Assembly: GCA_965221505.1 (NCBI GenBank)
Contig: CBDCSI010000002.1
Location: 522,052 to 586,051 of the forward strand
DNA: 64,000 bases
Direction of reading: 5' to 3'
DNA from: Rhodobacterales bacterium
GTDB lineage: Bacteria; Pseudomonadota; Alphaproteobacteria; Rhodobacterales; CAZPXZ01
Shown: positions 46,498-56,211 of the stretch, piece by piece
Layout: the number at the start of each line of letters is the position of its first letter
Position numbering within the stretch: position 1 is the first letter of the stretch
The notes under the pieces: generated by a model
Seen by the model: the letters and a program-made list of their open reading frames with translations, nothing else
Database searches by the model: none
Told to the model about the DNA's origin: nothing
Position numbers and translations under genes: made by a program

Positions 46498-47595
46498 ATG
46501 TATGTCTGGGAACGTCCCGAATGGCCCGGCTTCGCCTGGGACGAAGGAAGGCTCCTGGAGCCGCTGGCGACTGCGCGGCTGAAGCAGGATCGGCTGCTCG
46601 GAAGGATGTCCAACCTCAGCCACGAGCTGAAGCTCGAGGCGCAGCTTGAGGCGCTCACGGAAGAAATCGTGAAGAGCTCGGAGATCGAAGGCGAGATCCT
46701 TTCCCGCGACAGCGTGCGTTCCTCAGTCGCGCACCGTCTCGGCATCGATGCTCCCGCCGTCCTGCCGGTCGATTGTCGAACGGAAGGCATCGTCGAGATG
46801 ACTATCGACGCCATGGAGAACTATCGGGATTCGCTCACGTCGGAGAGACTCTTCGGCTGGCAGGCGGCGCTCTTCCCCACCGGGTACGCGGGGATGCACA
46901 GGATCAGGACCCGTGCCTGGCGCGACGATACGGAGGGACCGATGCAGGTGGTATCGGGACCGATCGGCCGCCGGCGCGTGCACTTTCAGGCGCCTCCCGC
47001 CGAGCGCGTCGACGCCGAAATGGAGAGGTTTCTGGGTTGGTTCGACCGTCGGAACCGGCCCGAGGGACTGCTGCGGGCCGGTCTTGCGCATCTCTGGTTC
47101 GTGACCGTCCACCCGTTCGAGGACGGCAACGGCCGAATCGCTCGGGCGATCGCGGATCTAGCGCTGGCGCAATCGGAGGATTCGGGACAGCGCTTCTACA
47201 GCATGTCGAGTCAGATCCGACGTAACCGCTCCGACTACTACCGCATGCTCGAGCGCTCGCAGAGGTCCGCTCTCGACGTGACCAACTGGCTGGTATGGTT
47301 TATCGGCTGTTTCTCGCGCGCGATCGAGTCCTCGGAGGCGACGTGTGCCCAGGTTCTCCGCAAATCCGAATTCTGGCGACGCCGTTCGCGAGAACCGTTC
47401 ACCGCGAGACAACATCGAGTACTCAATCGATTCCTGGACGGATTCGAAGGGAAGTTGACCGCCAGGAAGTGGGCAGCGATAGGCAAGTGCTCGATTCCGA
47501 CTGCACAGCGCGACATCGCCGATTTGGTCGAGCGAAACGTACTTCGACGCAGCCTGGGCGGCATCAGGAACACGAGCTACGACTTGGTTGAGTAG
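46498..47595 (+). CDS. Fic family protein (class II, N-terminal DUF4172-like region)
   Basis: Active-site motif HPFEDGNGRIARA. An internal inhibitory-helix motif (S/T)xxxE(G/N) is present as SSEIEG. Confidence 0.9.
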   Translation: MYVWERPEWPGFAWDEGRLLEPLATARLKQDRLLGRMSNLSHELKLEAQLEALTEEIVKSSEIEGEILSRDSVRSSVAHRLGIDAPAVLPVDCRTEGIVEMTIDAMENYRDSLTSERLFGWQAALFPTGYAGMHRIRTRAWRDDTEGPMQVVSGPIGRRRVHFQAPPAERVDAEMERFLGWFDRRNRPEGLLRAGLAHLWFVTVHPFEDGNGRIARAIADLALAQSEDSGQRFYSMSSQIRRNRSDYYRMLERSQRSALDVTNWLVWFIGCFSRAIESSEATCAQVLRKSEFWRRRSREPFTARQHRVLNRFLDGFEGKLTARKWAAIGKCSIPTAQRDIADLVERNVLRRSLGGIRNTSYDLVE

Positions 47596-47835
47596 CCGCG
47601 CGAGCGTTCACCGAGCGATATTGCGCATCGCCGAGTTGCTGGCGGGAGTGGAACCAGACCCGGCTCCTGATCGTACGCAGCGACGAAAGAACAACCGACC
47701 GGAGTCGAGCCGAAAGGCCCTCTCGGCCTGCCCCAAGGCCGCATTCCCGGTCATCCTCGAAAAGGCGGACGCAGGCAAGAATCGGAATATCGCTCGTCCA
47801 GTACTTGTACGCTTCATCGTCCGCGCGGAAAGGGT

Positions 47836-49026
47836 TTATCCCTTCGACGCTTTCGCCTGTCTGCCCCTGGCCGCTTCACCGGAAACGTAAGGGCGAGACG
47901 CGTCCGCAAACCGCCGGAAGGTGTCGAGTCGGGATACGCAGAGAAGCTGGAGGGCCTCACGGTAGAGCGTGCGTCCCTCGAGGGTGCTGCAGACGAGAGC
48001 CACGGCGAAGCGCTTTCCGACGCGGGCGATCTGCATGCTGTAGATATCTCCCCCAGTTCCGCTGCCTCGAATTGCCCTAGGCCGCCCCAACTCGGCTTCA
48101 TACTCGGCTCGGAACTGATCTCGAGGCATGCAGCCAACATCGTACATACGACGCAACACGATCGGCGCGCTGACGTTGAACCTGCGGGCCAGTCGTTTCA
48201 GCGCGACCCTCCGGTCCTCTCCCGCGCGGCATTCGTCAATGAACGGCTCCAGTGGCACGAGCACCTGTGCGGCGACGCGGCTGCACCATGCCTCGCCCGC
48301 ATGTGAAGGCTGCACATGAGGTCCGGAATCCCACAACGCCGATTGCCCGAGCCACAAATGCGCCAATCCGTGGACGAGGGTGAACAATTGCGCCGCCTTG
48401 GCGTCGGCAGCGTTGACGAACACGAGCGGCGCGCGCTCGTCGACCAGGGCAACTCCCCGAAACTCGGCTGGATCGAGCGCTCGGTGCGTGTTGTTGCCGA
48501 CGATTCCCGATACCATGACCAACACGCCGAGCGCATCGGCCGCGTCGATCGTGTGGCGAAAGACGTCGAGCCAGTTCGGAAGAGCGCATCGTTCGTCGAG
48601 ATCGAGACGGAGCGCGGAGCGAATGTCCGCTGCCACGCGCTCCACGTCGCTTGCCGGCGTCGCCGAGCCGACGAACGGAATCGGGTCAAGCCCTTCGAGA
48701 CATGCGTATTCCCGATACCAGTCCTGGCGACGCTCGCAGAGGTAGACGGCGTCGAGCAAGTCAGGGCTCGGGCGCCCCGGCGCTCCGCCGTCCGCGACCC
48801 GGAAGTCGGGGATCGGAACGGGCTCGTCCGGCGGTTCCGGTAGAAACAAATAGCCGACCGGCACACGGACAGTCCTGGCGAACCGATCCAGCTGCTTGAG
48901 CGTAGGCCGGATCTCGCCCGCCTCCCACTGAACGTATTTCGGGAACCGGCGGGTCAACGCATCGACATCGATCCCGGCTCTTCGGCGCGCCCAGCGCAAC
49001 AACGTTGGCCGGATCTGAACCCGCAT
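47836..49026 (-). CDS. XRE-type HTH fused to an ImmA/IrrE (DUF955) metallopeptidase-like domain, with a variant HGxxH motif
   Basis: N-terminus IRPTLLRWARRRAGIDVDALTRRF...LKQLDRFARTVRVPVGYLFLPEPP. Peptidase motif region is FTLVHGLAHLWLG. GGAGGGGGA precedes ATG 49026. Confidence 0.75.
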   Translation of the reverse strand: MRVQIRPTLLRWARRRAGIDVDALTRRFPKYVQWEAGEIRPTLKQLDRFARTVRVPVGYLFLPEPPDEPVPIPDFRVADGGAPGRPSPDLLDAVYLCERRQDWYREYACLEGLDPIPFVGSATPASDVERVAADIRSALRLDLDERCALPNWLDVFRHTIDAADALGVLVMVSGIVGNNTHRALDPAEFRGVALVDERAPLVFVNAADAKAAQLFTLVHGLAHLWLGQSALWDSGPHVQPSHAGEAWCSRVAAQVLVPLEPFIDECRAGEDRRVALKRLARRFNVSAPIVLRRMYDVGCMPRDQFRAEYEAELGRPRAIRGSGTGGDIYSMQIARVGKRFAVALVCSTLEGRTLYREALQLLCVSRLDTFRRFADASRPYVSGEAARGRQAKASKG

Positions 49027-49459
49027 TATCTCCCCCTCCGGCGGCCGAAATGCCGGGAATCGAAGGCCGACCGCCACTTGCAGTACCGGCGGCCGAAGGA
49101 GGTCTCTACACGACGGGCGTGCTTGCGCTCGTCGTCCCGATACCGAATTACGACGAGTGTACCGGTCACAAGGGTCATCACGTGTCTCCGTCTGCCGCCA
49201 GCGGTCCCAAACGACGCCTCACCGCGAATGATATCCGCAGCTCGATTCCGAATCGGACCGCTTCGCTTGAGAAGGGATCTCTCGCGGAGCGACGTCTCGA
49301 AGCGAGTCCGGGGTCGACCCGCGACCGCTTCACGTCAGGTGGGTGGGGGCGACAGTCGACCCGTCCGCGTGTCGCGCGGGAACCCTTGCGGTCCGGCAGT
49401 CGGGGACGTTTCCCCGCCCGGGCACTCGTTGCCCGAAGCGGACTGCGGCGATGCTGTCC

Positions 49460-50296
49460 TCAGTCGGAAACGCTCGCCCCCTCCCAGCAATGCGCAATCC
49501 CGACATCCCTCGCCCGGCGCCACGCCCCGCGAACGGTGTCGAACTCTGCCTGATGCTCCCTTTCCAACCGGACCGGCAGCTCGAGAAACAGCGTATCTCG
49601 CACGGAACGGTTGGCCTCGTCAGACAACGCCTCGACCAGCGTTTCGTAGAGCTGGTCGTCCAGCGAAGGCTCCCGGTTCGCCGAGGTGATCAACGGCAGC
49701 GAAGGCGCCGGAGGCGTCCACGAGAGCCTTCGCAGTCCGTCCAGATGCGTGTTCCGATCCGCCTCCTGAATTGCCAGCGTCACGCAATCGATGGCGGCAA
49801 GATCGGCCCGTCCCTCCGCCACCATCCGCAAGGACTCCGCGTGGGTGCCCGAAACCTTGGCCCGGGAGAAGAACGGCATGGGAAGTCCCTCCATGCCCAG
49901 CGCCCAGACGAGCGACGTATGGCCGGAGTGGGAACGGACGCCGTTCACCGCCACCGTCGCGCCGTCGAAGTCCGCCAGCGACTCGCCTGCCGCGTCCGCG
50001 CGCGCGACGATCGCGCTGCGATAGGTCTCGCTCTCGCATCCGGGTGCGCTGTAGCACGGTAAGGCAAAGATCCGGCAGACCCGTTCGAGACCGAGCGCCC
50101 AGGGCAGGCTGCAAGCCTGGGCAAGGAGCAGATTCGGGTCCCTCCAGACGTCCTCCGCGCTTCGGGAACGCTCCAGCGCGACCGAATCCGGACCGATCAG
50201 GCCGCGCTCCCGGAGACGCTCGGACCAAGCGTGCCAGAGCAGGTCGTTCGCGACACGGGCGGAGCCCGTATCGTACATCGGAAGCGATACGATCAA
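49460..50296 (-). CDS. PhnD/SsuA/transferrin-fold substrate-binding-like protein without an obvious signal peptide
   Basis: MIVSLPMYDTG... start and periplasmic-binding-protein type 2 character. Overlaps the desaturase stop by 4 nt. Confidence 0.65.
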   Translation of the reverse strand: MIVSLPMYDTGSARVANDLLWHAWSERLRERGLIGPDSVALERSRSAEDVWRDPNLLLAQACSLPWALGLERVCRIFALPCYSAPGCESETYRSAIVARADAAGESLADFDGATVAVNGVRSHSGHTSLVWALGMEGLPMPFFSRAKVSGTHAESLRMVAEGRADLAAIDCVTLAIQEADRNTHLDGLRRLSWTPPAPSLPLITSANREPSLDDQLYETLVEALSDEANRSVRDTLFLELPVRLEREHQAEFDTVRGAWRRARDVGIAHCWEGASVSD

Positions 50297-51255
50297 GCGT
50301 TCGACTCGGGCGAAGGGACCGTTGCCTGCGCCCCGGCGGCTGACTCAATGCCCGTCGCCCGGCGCAGGAACGGATGCGGAATCGGTTCGCGCCGTCGCAA
50401 GAAGAAGCGGCGGAAGACCTCGCGGTAGCCCCGATAGGCGTAACCGCCGTTTTCCTCCAGGATGCGCGACCGGTTCACCCGGAAATACTCCGGCAGGCGG
50501 TACCAGGCGAGACTCGGCCGCTCGTGATGCGGCGCGTGAAGGTTGTTGTTCAAGAACAGGAGCTGGAACACGGGCGACGCCTCGATCACGGCGGTCCGGG
50601 TCGGCACGGCCTCGCTCGCCCGGTGTTCCGCGTAGGTGCGCAGCATGAGGAGCGAGAATCCCGGATACGCGACCGCGGCCGCATAGAGCACCGGATGGAT
50701 GCCGCAGACGGCCCAGACCCAGACCAGGACCGGCACGACGCCGGCGACGTGGTGCAGCCAGGCGGACAGCCGTCCGGGTTCGCCCGCGCGCGCCTCCCGC
50801 CAGTCGTTGCGGATCAGCCCCCAGGTCCCGAGCGCCGGGCCGAACAGGAAACGGCCGAGCAGCGTCGCGTTGGCTTCGAGCAACAGTCGCAGGGGCCAGG
50901 AAAGCGATTCCCAGTCCCGCTCGGCGAGGTACCAGCTCTCCGGATCGTCGAAGGGATCGGTCAGGTTCTCGTTCTTGTGATGCTTCAGGTGGGTGTCCCG
51001 AAACCGCCGGTAGGGAATCAGCAGTCCGACGGCCGGATAGACCAGCGCCTCGTTCCACCCCCGGGAGCGCGTCGGATGGCCGTGCAGGGCTTCGTGCTGA
51101 AGACTCGAATGCAGGGTGACCAGCGGTATCAGGATCGGGATCGCGATCCAGGGACCGAGCGAATCCCAGTACCAGGTAGCCAGCCCCCACCCGGCGTAGC
51201 AACCGGCCAGAACACACCATGTGGGCCACTCGGAGAGCGCGCGACGCTGGGACAT
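50293..51255 (-). CDS. Membrane fatty acid desaturase family protein
   Basis: Three histidine boxes: HEALHGH, HLKHHKNEN and HAPHHERP. Confidence 0.88.
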   Translation of the reverse strand: MSQRRALSEWPTWCVLAGCYAGWGLATWYWDSLGPWIAIPILIPLVTLHSSLQHEALHGHPTRSRGWNEALVYPAVGLLIPYRRFRDTHLKHHKNENLTDPFDDPESWYLAERDWESLSWPLRLLLEANATLLGRFLFGPALGTWGLIRNDWREARAGEPGRLSAWLHHVAGVVPVLVWVWAVCGIHPVLYAAAVAYPGFSLLMLRTYAEHRASEAVPTRTAVIEASPVFQLLFLNNNLHAPHHERPSLAWYRLPEYFRVNRSRILEENGGYAYRGYREVFRRFFLRRREPIPHPFLRRATGIESAAGAQATVPSPESNA

Positions 51256-51344
51256 CCGAGACGTGATCCTCCCGACCGAACAGGGCAGACGTCGTCCGCC
51301 GGAGGCAATTGCACCTGTAGCAGATTCTCCGGGCTGCGGCCCAT

Positions 51345-51356
51345 CGATTCGAATCG
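51345..51356. promoter_or_regulatory. Perfect 12-bp palindrome CGATTCGAATCG about 90 bp upstream of the desaturase start
   Basis: Read directly from the sequence. Only an operator candidate. Confidence 0.3.
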
Positions 51357-51471
51357 GCGGCCGTTCCCCCGATCGGGGAGGCAGGTTCGTTCGACGCCCA
51401 CACCGCCGTCCGGATCCGCCCGGCGTCGTCCGTTCCGGGAATCCGCAGGCAGGCAGCTGGCCGTGCGCGAA

Positions 51472-52401
51472 TCAGCGGCTCCCTCCAACGCCCCTCTCTG
51501 CCAGGATCCTGGCAAGGGCGACCGAAGCGAGCCGTGCGGCCGGCGCGTCGCTCCGGCTGGTGATCGTGACTGGAATTCGGCCGCCGAGCACGACCCCCGC
51601 GGCACATACGGAACGAAACCAGATCAGCGTCTTCGCCAGGACGTTGCCAACCTCGACGGTCGGCACCACCAGCGCGTCGGCCAGACCCGCGGGGTCGGGC
51701 AGCGACTTGATCCGGGCCGCCTCCGGCGAAATCGCCCCGTCCATCGCCACCGGCCCGAACGCGTCGGCGTCGATCCCGGCCGACCGGGACCACTCGACGA
51801 GCTTCCGCGCCAGCACCGTAGCCGGCATGCCGGGCAGAACCTCCTCAGAGGCGGCGAGCAACGCCACCCTCGGGCGCGGCCGTCCGACGGCGGCGAACAC
51901 GTCTACGAGGGCTTCCAGGATCGACTTTCCGATCTCGACGTCCAGCCGCAGGTTCAGCGCGCCGTCGGAGATCGCGAGCGGGCGATCGAACTCCGGATGG
52001 GTCAGGAGCCAGACATGGAGCAGGCGCCCCCCGGTCCGAATGCCGGGCTTCGCCCGGAGCAGGGCGCCGAGGAGAACGTTCGTGTGGATGTGGCCCTTCA
52101 CGACCATGCCGACCGACGCATCGCCCGCGAGGGACGCGACGGTCTCGCCGACCGCCTCCTCTCCGTCGGCCTCCGTCCGCTCGACCCCGGAGACGTCCCA
52201 GCCGATTTCGTCCGCCGCGGCGAGGATCCCGGCGCCCGGTCCCACCAGGACGGGCTCGAGCCAGCCTGCCTCCGTCGCCAGTCGCACCCCTTCGAGGGCA
52301 TGCGCGACATGCGCTCCCGCGATCAGCGCGCGGGTCGGCGGACCTCCGGCCGCGCGTTCGCCGAGCCATTTGGGAAACTCGATCGGGCGGGTGCTCAACA
52401 T
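51472..52401 (-). CDS. Phosphate acetyl/butyryl-transferase family protein
   Basis: MVVKGHIHT..., LLTHPEFDRPLAISDGALN and ITSRSD are typical of PTA/PTB. GGAGG precedes ATG 52401. The upstream part of the track ORF is unlikely. Confidence 0.8.
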   Translation of the reverse strand: MLSTRPIEFPKWLGERAAGGPPTRALIAGAHVAHALEGVRLATEAGWLEPVLVGPGAGILAAADEIGWDVSGVERTEADGEEAVGETVASLAGDASVGMVVKGHIHTNVLLGALLRAKPGIRTGGRLLHVWLLTHPEFDRPLAISDGALNLRLDVEIGKSILEALVDVFAAVGRPRPRVALLAASEEVLPGMPATVLARKLVEWSRSAGIDADAFGPVAMDGAISPEAARIKSLPDPAGLADALVVPTVEVGNVLAKTLIWFRSVCAAGVVLGGRIPVTITSRSDAPAARLASVALARILAERGVGGSR

Positions 52402-52561
52402 CGGCGACCTCCAGGACGGCTGAACCGCACCGTAAACGGTTCCGGGCCGGCTTCCCCGGCCGTGCGTGCGCCTCAACGATAACCCAGGACGCGCGTCCGG
52501 TTCGAATCCGCGTTCGATTCGGACTATGCTGCGCGTGCCGCAACATACAGGAGGGAGTCCC

Positions 52562-53383
52562 ATGCGCGTCACCGTGGTTCAGATGAACTCGCAGGACGAC
52601 AAGTCCCGCAATCTCGCCGAGGCGCGACGGCTCGCCGCCGAGGCGGTCGAGGCGGACGGGCCCGACCTGATCGTGTTTCCCGAGATGATGTCTTTCCTCG
52701 GCGGGAGCGAAGACGAGCGTCTCGCGGCCGCGGAAGACATCCCCGGCGGCGATACCTGGAAGACCCTGCAGGCCATCGCCAAGGAGCACGGCGTCATGGT
52801 CCACGGCGGCAGCTTCTACGAGCGTATCCCCGACACGAGGCAGTCCTACAACACGACGGTGGCTTTCGGGCGGGACGGAACCGAACTGGCCCGCTACCGG
52901 AAGATTCATCTCTTCGACATCACCGCGCCGGACGGAACGGAGTACCGGGAGTCGGATACGGTCGGACGGGGAAGCGATCTCGCCGTGTACGAGGCGGAGG
53001 GCGTCCGGGTCGGCTGCACCATCTGCTACGACCTGCGATTCGGCGAGTTGTACCGCGGCCTCGCCGGACAGGGAGCGGACCTGATCATGGTTCCTGCCGC
53101 CTTCACGCTGCAGACCGGAAAGGACCACTGGGAGATCCTGCTCAGGGCGCGCGCCATCGAGACCCAGACCTACGTCGTCGCCGCCGGACAGACGGGTACG
53201 TTTCCAACCCCGGAGGGACCGCGCAGCTGCTGGGGCCATTCCATGATCGTGGACCCGTGGGGGTACGTCGCTGCACAGATCGGCGAAGGTACGGGATTTG
53301 CGACGGCAACCGTCGATCCCGGCTACCTGCAAACCGTGCGGCAGCGCATTCCGATGGAGTCGCATCGGGTTCTCGGCCGGTAG
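52562..53383 (+). CDS. Carbon-nitrogen hydrolase (Nit / omega-amidase-like)
   Basis: E-K-C triad context: VFPEMM, YRKIHLF, CTICYDLRF. AGGAGGGAG precedes ATG 52562. Confidence 0.85.
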   Translation: MRVTVVQMNSQDDKSRNLAEARRLAAEAVEADGPDLIVFPEMMSFLGGSEDERLAAAEDIPGGDTWKTLQAIAKEHGVMVHGGSFYERIPDTRQSYNTTVAFGRDGTELARYRKIHLFDITAPDGTEYRESDTVGRGSDLAVYEAEGVRVGCTICYDLRFGELYRGLAGQGADLIMVPAAFTLQTGKDHWEILLRARAIETQTYVVAAGQTGTFPTPEGPRSCWGHSMIVDPWGYVAAQIGEGTGFATATVDPGYLQTVRQRIPMESHRVLGR

Positions 53384-53630
53384 GCTCCGCGTCCGCCGGG
53401 AAAGGGCACCGATCCGACGCCGGATTCCGCAAGGGTACCGGGGAGTCCGATCGAGCGGCAGGTCCGCACGTTCCGGCCGTCCGCGGGCGGCTTCGGTCCT
53501 TGGGCGGAGCGCCGACAAGCGTTCCTCCCTGCCGGCAGCGTCGCCGGACGCAGCCGCAGCGTGTTCCGTATCGAATCCGCGAGCCGCTCGGCAACCCTCG
53601 GACTCCACCCGCACGGACGGAGCGAACGCA

Positions 53631-54407
53631 ATGCGCGCACAGATTCTCTCGGACCTTCACCTGGAGTTCGAAGGAAACTCCATTCCTCCCCTTGCGCCGG
53701 GAGCGGAGATCGTCCTCTTCGCCGGCGATCTCGCACCGGTCCACGCGCGGCGTATCGGCATGATGGCGCAGCGTTGGGACGACGCCCGGCACGTCCTCTT
53801 CGTCCCCGGCAATCACGAGTATTACGGAAGCGAGATCGATCGGGCCCGGCGCACGCTCGCCGAGGACTGCATCGCCCACGGCGTGACGCTCCTCGACCCA
53901 GGCGCGGTCACCATAGGAAGCACGCGCTTCGTCGGCGCCACGCTCTGGACCGACTTCCGACTCGACGGCGGCCCGAGCGCCGAGGTCTGGGCGCATCTGG
54001 ATGTGAGCCGGGGGCTGAACGACTTCCTCGGAGCGATTCGTCACGGGGATTCGCCGTTCACCACACGGGAATCCGCCCGCCGGCATGCTGCGGATCTGGC
54101 CTTTATCGAACGAGAACTCGAAGCTGCGCAAGACGCCGGGCAGAACGCGGTCGTCCTCACCCACCATGCGCCCAGTCCGATTTGCGTCCGGCCGCAATTT
54201 GCGGGTGACCGGCTGAACGCGGGGTTCGCGTCCGATCTCGACTCCCTGATCCGGCACTACCGGCCGCTGATGTGGATTCACGGCCATATGCACGCGCGCG
54301 TCGAGGAAACCGTCGGCCGCACCCGGATCCTGGCCAACCCGGCCGGATACGGAGCCGCCGAACAGGCGGATTTCGACCCGGCGCTGGTCGTCGACCTCCC
54401 CGACTGA
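53631..54407 (+). CDS. Metallophosphoesterase (calcineurin-like)
   Basis: LSDLHLEF, AGDLAP, GNHEYY, LTHHAP and HGHMHA motifs. Start at ATG 53631. Confidence 0.85.
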   Translation: MRAQILSDLHLEFEGNSIPPLAPGAEIVLFAGDLAPVHARRIGMMAQRWDDARHVLFVPGNHEYYGSEIDRARRTLAEDCIAHGVTLLDPGAVTIGSTRFVGATLWTDFRLDGGPSAEVWAHLDVSRGLNDFLGAIRHGDSPFTTRESARRHAADLAFIERELEAAQDAGQNAVVLTHHAPSPICVRPQFAGDRLNAGFASDLDSLIRHYRPLMWIHGHMHARVEETVGRTRILANPAGYGAAEQADFDPALVVDLPD

Positions 54408-54447
54408 GTCCGGCGAACCGGACGCGTACCGCGGGAAGCGCTCGCCG

Positions 54448-55278
54448 TCAGCGCCCGAGCCGAACCGGCGTCCGGGTCGAGAAATACCCCGGAAACGCCC
54501 GCACCGCCTCCAGGTCGAGGTCGACGAAGAGAAGGTCTTCCTCCGCGCCCAGGGTGTGAATGAAGCCGGCGGTCGAATCGATCCCTTCCGGCTTGTCGCA
54601 GAACCATTCCCAGAGCGCGTCCATGTCCCGCACCGGCGGCGGAACGCAGGCGGTCGAGAACCCGCCGGCCGGCGGAAAGACGGAATCCCGAAACCGGCGG
54701 TCGGGCCGGCCGACGTTCACCCCGAACACCGGCACCGAGTATTCCATGTGCCGACCGATCACCGTATGGGGAAAGGCCTCGCTCAGGGCGAACCACAACG
54801 CCGGGTTGAAGATCATGTCCGCGTCGCGCCGGCACTGCGCCTCCACGCCGTCGTGGAAGAACGCGAAGTCGGCGCAGATGACGATCCCCATCTTGCCGAG
54901 ATCCGTCTCGAAAACCGGAAACGCATCCCCCGCAACCACGCCGCGATCGACCTCGACCGCCGTGGGGTAGTTCTTGGTCTGCCGTCCGAGCACCGTTCCC
55001 TCGTTCGAGATCAGCGTGCTGGTGTTTTGCCAGCGCGGCGGCTCGCCCTCGGCGAGACCGGCGATGACGTGCAGGTTCCTCTCTCGCGCCGCCGCACGAA
55101 TCTCCTCGAGTCCCGCGAGCGGATAGAGCTCCGGAAAGCAGGCCAGATCGGCGCCCCCGGACGCGGCCTCCTCCAGGAGTTCCAGGGCGTGCGGGACATC
55201 GATCCCCTGCCACTTCTCCTCCCAGTTCGCCGCCCGGGACGTGGCCTGAATTGCCGCGATCCGAATCTCTTGCGCCAT
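54448..55278 (-). CDS. Carbon-nitrogen hydrolase family protein
   Basis: CFPELY, RQTKNYP and IVICADF (E-K-C triad). Confidence 0.82.
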   Translation of the reverse strand: MAQEIRIAAIQATSRAANWEEKWQGIDVPHALELLEEAASGGADLACFPELYPLAGLEEIRAAARERNLHVIAGLAEGEPPRWQNTSTLISNEGTVLGRQTKNYPTAVEVDRGVVAGDAFPVFETDLGKMGIVICADFAFFHDGVEAQCRRDADMIFNPALWFALSEAFPHTVIGRHMEYSVPVFGVNVGRPDRRFRDSVFPPAGGFSTACVPPPVRDMDALWEWFCDKPEGIDSTAGFIHTLGAEEDLLFVDLDLEAVRAFPGYFSTRTPVRLGR

Positions 55279-55308
55279 CGGCTTCCTCCTCTGCGCTCCC
55301 GGCGCCGA

Positions 55309-56211
55309 CTATCGCCGCCGCCGGATCCGGGGGTCGAAAAAGTCCCTGAGCCCGTCGCCCAGGAGATTGAACCCCAGCACCGCAATCATGATCGTCAAAC
55401 CCGGAAAGATCACCTGGTGGGCGCCGAGTTCCATGAACTGCCGGCCCTTGCCGAGATCCGCCCCCCAGCTCGGATTGGGCGGCTGTACGCCGAGGCCGAG
55501 AAAGCTGAGCGCCGCTTCGGTCAGAAGCGCTTCCGACAGCAAGAGCGACGACTCCACCAGAACCGGCGCGGCGATGTTCGGCAGGATGTGGGTCCGCAGG
55601 ATCCGCGTGTTTCGGGCGCCGAACATCCTGCCGGCGAGGACGAAGTCCCGGGTCTTCACCGAAAGCGTCGGCGCCCGCGCCACCATCGCCACCCGGGGTA
55701 TGTAGAGCACCGCGATGGTGAGGATCAGGTTCGGCAGGCTCGGTCCGAGATACGCCACCAGCGCGATCGCGAGCAGGATGGCCGGAAGCGCGAACATGAC
55801 GTCGAACACGCGAAGCGCCGCGCTGTCCGTGAAGCCGCCGAGATAGCCGACCAGCATTCCGAGCGGAAGCCCGACGGCGACCGCGAACAGGACGGACGGA
55901 ATCGCGACGGCGAGACTGTTCCGGCTGCCGAGCACGACCCGGCTGAACAGGTCCCGTCCCTGGAAGTTGGTTCCGAACGGGTATTCCCAGCTCGGGCTCG
56001 CCAGCATGGCCCCGGCGTTCTGGTTGGCTCCGTAGGGCGCGATCGCCGGAGCGAAGACCGCCACGAGGATCAGCGTGCAGACGATGACGAGTCCGATCAA
56101 CGTGGCGGGGTCCCGGCGCAGGTGCCGCAGAAACCGTCGCCCGGACGAGAGGCGCGATCGCCCGACCCCGACCGGAGGTCCGGCGTTCGTTCCCTGGCGG
56201 ACTCCTGCCAT
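55309..56211 (-). CDS. Peptide/nickel-type ABC transporter permease (DppC/OppC-like)
   Basis: ATG 56211-56209 shares 1 nt (position 56211) with the upstream TGA stop (56213-56211), within the ATGA tetranucleotide. Typical N-terminus RRDPATLIGLVIV. The track ORF extends into a shadow. Confidence 0.85.
   Translation of the reverse strand: MAGVRQGTNAGPPVGVGRSRLSSGRRFLRHLRRDPATLIGLVIVCTLILVAVFAPAIAPYGANQNAGAMLASPSWEYPFGTNFQGRDLFSRVVLGSRNSLAVAIPSVLFAVAVGLPLGMLVGYLGGFTDSAALRVFDVMFALPAILLAIALVAYLGPSLPNLILTIAVLYIPRVAMVARAPTLSVKTRDFVLAGRMFGARNTRILRTHILPNIAAPVLVESSLLLSEALLTEAALSFLGLGVQPPNPSWGADLGKGRQFMELGAHQVIFPGLTIMIAVLGFNLLGDGLRDFFDPRIRRRR

Noticed and set aside
49026-49178. 50-codon ORF (MTLVTGTLVVIRYRDDERKH...) whose TAA overlaps the ATG of the XRE-ImmA gene (TAATG).
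   Set aside because: It is Arg-rich, has no SD and no recognisable family. The overlap could be coincidental, so it is not reported as a gene.
52499-52509. GGTTCGAATCC, a T-loop-like sequence suggesting a tRNA or an att site in the pta/nitrilase intergenic region.
   Set aside because: The flanks do not form a T-stem (CCGG/CCGC mismatch), an acceptor stem or an anticodon arm. The adjacent GAATC...GATTC short inverted repeat is too weak to call.
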